DNA of 64,000 nucleotides. Source: Candidatus Multivoradales bacterium (lineage in GTDB: Bacteria; Acidobacteriota; Thermoanaerobaculia; Multivoradales; Multivoraceae). A program made the translations under genes and the position numbers. The stretch is taken from NCBI GenBank assembly GCA_965223325.1, contig CBDCWI010000002.1, positions 1,056,001 to 1,120,000 of the forward strand, in the 5' to 3' direction. The notes under the pieces were generated by a model. That model made no database searches. It was not told the origin of the DNA and saw nothing but the letters and a program-made list of their open reading frames with translations. The first letter of the stretch is position 1; every line of letters begins with the position of its first letter. This document shows positions 58,589-64,000 of the stretch, in pieces.

Positions 58589-60290
58589 GCGGTGGGTCTC
58601 CCTTGGAACTCGCGAGCCAACGTTCGATGCGCACGCCGATCTGGTCATCGATCGTCACCACGCGCGCGTAGCCCACCAGGCGAGCGCCGCTGGCCTGGCG
58701 AAGGTAGATCTTGACGCTGTCGTCGGGGCGCATCTCGAGCGGTACCACCACTCCTTCGCGCCACGTCGAAAGCTCGCCAAGGGGAACGCTCAGCGAGCCG
58801 AGCTCGAAGGCGAGCGTGACTTCGAGCTCGTTCTCTAGGTCGATCGGAGCCTGGTCGGCAGCCGCTTGCTCCTCGCGACCCGGAGCCCCTCCCAGAGAGT
58901 CGTCTCCAGGATCACTCTCGAGGTCGACCTCGGGATCTCTAACCACATCAGGGTCGTTGTCCGGTTCGGTCACAGTCCACTCTCCTGGCGCCGCCACGCG
59001 CCACTCGTCGTCATGAATTTCGAGGTTCGGGTTCGGGTTTTCGTCGTCAGGCCATTGCAGTACGCCGCGGCGCCACCAGTTCTGGACGGTCACTGCGACG
59101 GGGGCGGGCGCTGCCCGTTGGTCTGCTCTTGGCGGCCCGGTGAGCCAGGCGTCGGGCAAGACGATGTCGCCGGCACCGAGCCCTTTGAGTTCTGGGAGTT
59201 CGAGCGTCACCCAACCCGCGAGCAGCGACACCTGGAAGCTCCGCGCCAGCGCCCAACCAGGAGCCTCGTCAGGGTCGGCATCTGAAAGCTCGGGAGCGGC
59301 CCAGACAGCCGCCATCTCGAAGGCCTGCCCGCCGATCGCACCCACGATCCGACTGCCAATGAAGGCGCCCGAGCCCATTTGGCGAGCGGCCGTCTCGGCG
59401 TCGAGGATCGACGAGATCTCGACGGTAAGAGCGCTCGCTTCGGCAAACTGCTGGCACACGAGATCGAGCAGATGAAGCAGTACGCCGCGCTCGACATCGG
59501 TCACGGCCCCCGACGGCGGCGACGCCGTCTCGCTCCACTGCCGGCCCTGGCGGTCCCAGGCGAAACGTAGCCAGGACGCCGGTACCGACAGCCACAACTC
59601 CTGGTTGCCTACCGCAACGCGCAGCCAGTGGCCCGCTTCTCCACCGATGACCTCGACCGGGCGGTCCAGGCGCAGGTCGAGCGTTCCACCGTGGGTGAGC
59701 GAGAACGGCGTCTGATCGGCACTCCGTCGATCGCCGATCGCCAGCACGAAGGAACCCACTTCGACCCGATCGCCGACGGTCACTGCCATGGCTTCCCTGA
59801 CGTTCGAACCGTTGATTGCCACCTCGGCACCTTCGGCGGGTACCAACCACACCGCCTGCTCGTCGATGCGTAGCTCGGCAACCAGAGGCGCGATGCCCTG
59901 CAGCCTGAGATCACACGCCGGATCCGCGCCGATCCTCACGCGCCTGCCATCGAAGAGCGCGGCATGACGCGACCCCTCCGGGGTCACCAACACCACTTCG
60001 AGTCCGGAGGCGCCTCGCCGATCCGGCTCGAGGACCCGCTCGATCGCCTCGAGGAGCGTCGACCGGTAGTCGGCGTCGAAACCGTCGACCGCATCGGCCA
60101 CCGCGCGCCTGACGCGACGATTGTCGCTCATGCGCCTCTTCGAGGAATCCGGCAACCACTCTGACCAACAGCGAGCCGGCATGACGACCGATTCGGTGTC
60201 TGCCCAGACCGAAGCGTCCGAGTCCTCTCGGCCACACGAACTCTCGGGCTCGGTAACGGACGGTGCGTCGGGATGACGGAGTTCATTCAT
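58581..60290 (-). CDS. sctQ: SctQ/FliM-FliN C-ring protein with inserted FHA/YscD-like domain
   Basis: Two SPOA-like segments (LPELKGLGAGDIV; LAFELGSLSVPLGEL...GVRI) and an internal RIGADPACDLRL...INGS...VGDRVEVG domain. Confidence 0.78.
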   Translation of the reverse strand: MNELRHPDAPSVTEPESSCGREDSDASVWADTESVVMPARCWSEWLPDSSKRRMSDNRRVRRAVADAVDGFDADYRSTLLEAIERVLEPDRRGASGLEVVLVTPEGSRHAALFDGRRVRIGADPACDLRLQGIAPLVAELRIDEQAVWLVPAEGAEVAINGSNVREAMAVTVGDRVEVGSFVLAIGDRRSADQTPFSLTHGGTLDLRLDRPVEVIGGEAGHWLRVAVGNQELWLSVPASWLRFAWDRQGRQWSETASPPSGAVTDVERGVLLHLLDLVCQQFAEASALTVEISSILDAETAARQMGSGAFIGSRIVGAIGGQAFEMAAVWAAPELSDADPDEAPGWALARSFQVSLLAGWVTLELPELKGLGAGDIVLPDAWLTGPPRADQRAAPAPVAVTVQNWWRRGVLQWPDDENPNPNLEIHDDEWRVAAPGEWTVTEPDNDPDVVRDPEVDLESDPGDDSLGGAPGREEQAAADQAPIDLENELEVTLAFELGSLSVPLGELSTWREGVVVPLEMRPDDSVKIYLRQASGARLVGYARVVTIDDQIGVRIERWLASSKGDPPHG

Positions 60291-60390
60291 GGTGAGGCGG
60301 TAGGAAGGCGACTGGCGGGGTTCCTGGAGATCGACGACCAGGGGAAGCGGTCATCGAGGTGGGTCAGGAGGGGGGTGGAGTTGGGCGGTG

Positions 60391-61452
60391 TCAGTTCTTT
60401 TTGGGAGTCGGGGTTCCTCGGCTGGAAAAGTCGTCGACGCCTTCGAGCTGCCAGAGTCCCCTGGAGCGTCGCTCTTCGGACTGGTCGCGCGATTCGCCGG
60501 TCGCCGAGCCACTGCCATCTGCGGTGGCGGCCTCCTCGGGGCGTTCAACGCGTAGATCACGAACCTCGAGCCCGCGCTCCCGCAGCCGGCTGGCGAGTTC
60601 GGGAAGGCGCACGTCGAGGGCCGCCTCTGCGGAGGCCTGTTCGACGACGAAGAGGACGCGGAGCGACTCCTGTCCGTCAACCCTAGATTCCTTCAAAACC
60701 TGCGCTTTTGCAAGTCCCAGCGCCCCAAGATCGAGGCTCAGGTCGACCCGCGGGCGATGAACGGAGAGGTGAACCTGTACTGCCTCGAGCACCTTGCGCG
60801 CCACTTCCTGGAGAACCGTCGGATCGATGGCCTGCGGTTCCGCAACGGCCGAGGCCTCCGAAACCCCCGTCAGACCTGGATTCCCGGTGCTTTGAAGACC
60901 GGACGGTACCTGCTGGATTGCGTTCTCCGGCGAGGCCTCAGCCGGCGAGCCAAGCGCCTCGTCGAGATTCGCGGTCGCTTTCGAGGAGCGCGATTTGTCA
61001 AGAGTTGCGCACTCTCCTTCTACCTCACCTGGAGGCGGTAGATGGCCCGAACAGACGACCGGCGGCTGGAACACTGGCGACGAGCCGCCGGGCTGGCCCA
61101 GCGAAACCTGCGGCAGCTCATGCATGTCTTCGAACGACTCTTCCTGGCGTGCCTGGCGCCCCCAACCACCGCGGCCGCGGACGGCATCGTCTCGGCCGGC
61201 CGTGGACGCGCGGTTCGTGGGCCGCGACGTTCTCGGAAGCGCTTTCCCTTGCCGCCCCTTCTTGTTCGACTGCTTCGGACCGACACGGCGAACTGAAGCG
61301 CGCAGGACCTGGTCACGGGCCCGACCGATGGCGTCGCCGCTACGAGCGGCATTGCTCGAGCGATCGAGGGCCTCTTCGAAGCCGTTGGAGGCCTCGTCGT
61401 GGCGCTGGTCGGTCGCTTCGCTTCGATGCTGATTGTCGATCTTGTTGGTCAT
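60391..61452 (-). CDS. sctP: SctP/FliK-like length ruler
   Basis: Long disordered N-terminus; C-terminal domain LDLGALG...LPELASRLRERGL; canonical position between sctO and sctQ. Confidence 0.65.
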   Translation of the reverse strand: MTNKIDNQHRSEATDQRHDEASNGFEEALDRSSNAARSGDAIGRARDQVLRASVRRVGPKQSNKKGRQGKALPRTSRPTNRASTAGRDDAVRGRGGWGRQARQEESFEDMHELPQVSLGQPGGSSPVFQPPVVCSGHLPPPGEVEGECATLDKSRSSKATANLDEALGSPAEASPENAIQQVPSGLQSTGNPGLTGVSEASAVAEPQAIDPTVLQEVARKVLEAVQVHLSVHRPRVDLSLDLGALGLAKAQVLKESRVDGQESLRVLFVVEQASAEAALDVRLPELASRLRERGLEVRDLRVERPEEAATADGSGSATGESRDQSEERRSRGLWQLEGVDDFSSRGTPTPKKN

Positions 61453-62051
61453 GACTCGTTCCCACGTTCAGACGAATAGGAGTCACTCGCCGAACCCTTT
61501 GCGCCAGAAGGCCTGCCTCGGGGATCGGTGGTCGAGGGGCGGCTTCTCGCTCTCCTTCCGGAACCATGAGTATTCGTTACGATCTCTTCCAAGGTTCTCG
61601 CTTCGCGGCGGCGCGCTTCCAGTCGCTGCTCTTCGATCCAATCCTCACGGTGTTTCTCGAGCACTTCGAGTTCGCGGCGTGCCTCGGCACAGGCAGCACG
61701 TGCCGCCTCGACGCGCTCGGAAGCGGCAACCAGCTCCTTCTCCTGAGCGTGGATCTCTAGATCGGTCTCGGCAATGCGGCTCCCCAGAAACTGCAGCGTG
61801 CCGCGCCGACGACTGATCTCGGCGATCTCGAGTCCACCGCCCGTATCAGGCTGATAGAGCTGCTGGCTTGCCTCTTCCAGCTCTTCGGCCAGGACCGAAC
61901 GACGAACTTCGAGCCGTCGCAACGCCTCTTCCTCCAGCGCCAGCTCGCGCTGACGCATGGCCAGGTCCTCGCGTGCCCGCTCGAGCGCTGTCTCCCGTAC
62001 CTTCATCGCCGCCCGCAGAGGGTAGGTCAGTTCGAGTTTGCGGCGGTTCAC
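61449..62051 (-). CDS. sctO: T3SS stalk SctO/FliJ
   Basis: YPLRA..KVRE; coiled coil; LEKHREDW; directly after the ATPase. Confidence 0.8.
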   Translation of the reverse strand: MNRRKLELTYPLRAAMKVRETALERAREDLAMRQRELALEEEALRRLEVRRSVLAEELEEASQQLYQPDTGGGLEIAEISRRRGTLQFLGSRIAETDLEIHAQEKELVAASERVEAARAACAEARRELEVLEKHREDWIEEQRLEARRREARTLEEIVTNTHGSGRRARSRPSTTDPRGRPSGAKGSASDSYSSERGNES

Positions 62052-63403
62052 GAGAGCACCTCGCCGATCTCGTGCAGTTGGGCCAGCGTGTCCAGAGCGC
62101 CGGGCCGTTCATCGAGACCCTGGCGCAGGAATCCGTCAATTGTGGGCATGTGTTCGATCGCCAGGTCGACGGTGGGATCACTTCCCGACTGGTAGGCACC
62201 GAGCAGAATCAGGTCGCGACTCTCTTCGTAGGCAGCCAGGAGCTCGCGCAGGCGTCGTGCCGACTCGACATGCTCGGGAGCCGCCACGGCACCCATGACG
62301 CGGCTGGCGCTCGCCAGCACGTCGATCGCCGGATAGTGCCCCCGACCCGCCAGCTTGCGACTCAGAATCACATGCCCGTCGAGAATCGAACGCGTTTCGT
62401 CAGCCACCGGCTCGGTCATGTCGTCGCCTTCGACGAGCACGGTGTAGAAAGCAGTAATCGAACCCCGTGCTGAGTTCCCGGTGCGCTCCAAGAGCCGCGG
62501 CAGCGTGGCAAAAACCGAAGGTGGGAAACCGGCGCGCGCCGGTGGTTCGCCAACCGCCAGCCCCACCTCGCGTTGGGCACGGGCAAAGCGGGTCACCGAG
62601 TCCATCATCAACAGGACCTTCTTGCCTCGGTCGCGAAAGTACTCCGCAACTGCGGTGGCGACATAGGCCGACTTGAGACGCACCATCGAAGGTTGATCCG
62701 AGGTCGCCACGATCACCACCGAGCGCGCCAGGCCCTCTGGGCCGAGCGACTCTTCGAGAAAGTCGCGCACTTCGCGGCCACGCTCACCGATCAGGGAGAT
62801 GACATTGATCTCGGCCTCGGTGTTGCGCGCCAGCATGCCCAGGAGCGTCGACTTACCACCACCGGCGGCAGCGAAGATGCCGACGCGCTGCCCTTCGCCA
62901 ACCGTTAGACAACCGTCGAGGGCGCGCACGCCGGTCTCGAAGGGATCGAGAATGCGTTGGCGTTGCATCGGGTCGGGAGGAGCCGCATAGACCGGGTAGC
63001 GCTCGAGCTCGCTCTCTTCGATCGCTCCAAGGCCGTCGATGGGACGTCCTAAACCGTCGAGGACCCGCCCGAGAAGTCCGGGGCCGACCGGCACCTGCAA
63101 GACCTCGCCGGTGGCGCGCACCTCGGTATCGGGGCCGATGCCCTCGGTCTCACCAAGTGTCATCAGAAAGACTTCGCCACCCTCGAAGCCCACCACTTCG
63201 GCACGCACAGGAAACGACTTCTGATCGCCACGCGGCGGCGGTTCGAGCCAGCACAGCTCGCCCACCCGGACGCCCGGCATGCGAGCGCGCACGACCAGCC
63301 CGGTGACCTCGGTCACTCTGCCGCGCACCTCGAGGGCGTTGACCTCATCGAGACGCAGAGCGAGGTTCCCGAGACCGAAGGCGTCGCCCTTTGACGAGCT
63401 CAT
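62048..63403 (-). CDS. sctN: T3SS ATPase SctN
   Basis: [13 protein letters not shown] (YscN-type), [27 protein letters not shown]. Confidence 0.96.
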   Translation of the reverse strand: MSSSKGDAFGLGNLALRLDEVNALEVRGRVTEVTGLVVRARMPGVRVGELCWLEPPPRGDQKSFPVRAEVVGFEGGEVFLMTLGETEGIGPDTEVRATGEVLQVPVGPGLLGRVLDGLGRPIDGLGAIEESELERYPVYAAPPDPMQRQRILDPFETGVRALDGCLTVGEGQRVGIFAAAGGGKSTLLGMLARNTEAEINVISLIGERGREVRDFLEESLGPEGLARSVVIVATSDQPSMVRLKSAYVATAVAEYFRDRGKKVLLMMDSVTRFARAQREVGLAVGEPPARAGFPPSVFATLPRLLERTGNSARGSITAFYTVLVEGDDMTEPVADETRSILDGHVILSRKLAGRGHYPAIDVLASASRVMGAVAAPEHVESARRLRELLAAYEESRDLILLGAYQSGSDPTVDLAIEHMPTIDGFLRQGLDERPGALDTLAQLHEIGEVLS

Positions 63404-64000
63404 GACTCGGTTCCTTCATACGGATCGCGCGGTGACGGCGGTGCCAAGAGGTGCTCTTCGATGGCACGCAACTGCGACTCGACACTCGCATCGACGGTCC
63501 CGATCTCGCTTTCGATGCGACAGCCGCCACGCTCCATCGACTCCTCGGCCACCACCCGCAGGTGTTCCCAGCGCGGATCGGCGACCACCAGGTCGGCTCG
63601 CGCCGCGGCCAGGGCCGCGGCATCTTCGGGATGCACGTGGACTCGCACGTCGCGCCCCGATCGACCGAGAGTGCGCAACGCGCTTTCGATCGTCGGTACG
63701 ATGGACTCTGGTCGTGCCTCGAGCTCACGACGCAGGAGCTTGCGCGCCGTTTGCATCGCCAGGTGCACCACCTGATCACGCGCCTCGGCGACCCGTTCGT
63801 CGACCGCGCGGGTGGCTTCGAGAACCCGCGCTTCCCACGCCGCCAACCCCTCGGCCAGGCCGCGGTCGCGCGCTGCCGCCTGCATCTTGTTGGCCGAGTC
63901 CTTGGCCGCCTCTCGAATCTCGGCCGCCTCTCGTTCAGCCGCGGCCACTCGCTCTTCGGATGCCGCCCGTGCGGCCGCCACGATGCGCTCGGCTTCGCAC
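63400..64000 (-). CDS. sctL: T3SS stator SctL/FliH (5' end outside window)
   Basis: AxxxG helix ([10 protein letters not shown]), [22 protein letters not shown]. Confidence 0.88.
   Translation of the reverse strand, partial: CEAERIVAAARAASEERVAAAEREAAEIREAAKDSANKMQAAARDRGLAEGLAAWEARVLEATRAVDERVAEARDQVVHLAMQTARKLLRRELEARPESIVPTIESALRTLGRSGRDVRVHVHPEDAAALAAARADLVVADPRWEHLRVVAEESMERGGCRIESEIGTVDASVESQLRAIEEHLLAPPSPRDPYEGTES

Noticed and set aside
52881-64000. Flagellar export cluster
   Set aside because: ATPase and SctR motifs are injectisome-type and FHA genes, not flhF/flg genes, follow sctV. Provisional until a phylogeny is run.
1-64000. tRNA, rRNA, integrase, transposase or reverse transcriptase genes
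   Set aside because: None recognised by eye; tRNAscan-SE, Rfam and HMM searches would be needed to exclude them.

Overview
High-GC bacterial window, probably Acidobacteriota and possibly Thermoanaerobaculia (inferred from an ADOP-type permease and a 'KVLxxCxxNxHFWVF' secreted domain). Left to right it holds housekeeping and secreted genes, including a DUF3179 gene with an in-frame TGA in a UxxC motif and a downstream SECIS-like hairpin (probable selenoprotein). Next comes a storage-lipid island (GNAT, WS/DGAT, phaR, phasin, phaE, class III phaC, GNAT, lipase) in which three proteins carry Lys/Ala-rich histone-like tails. Then a PIN/Phd toxin-antitoxin pair, trmJ, a Ski2-like helicase, an ATP-dependent ligase and lipid genes. 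The right end holds a non-flagellar type III secretion operon (sctL-N-O-P-Q-fliO-R-S-T-U-V) followed by two FHA membrane proteins, with an FHA-like domain inserted in SctQ. The most unusual non-coding signal is one ~250-bp repeat family at three loci (two tandem arrays, one near-single copy). Each locus ends in a ~110-nt CTAG-to-CTAG fold-back whose arms differ between loci but stay complementary, and nearby gene ends show an apparent G->A bias on the + strand. Two genes (M61 peptidase, Smr protein) are broken by 1-nt frameshifts that may be assembly errors. All calls come from reading the sequence; no database searches or computations were run.
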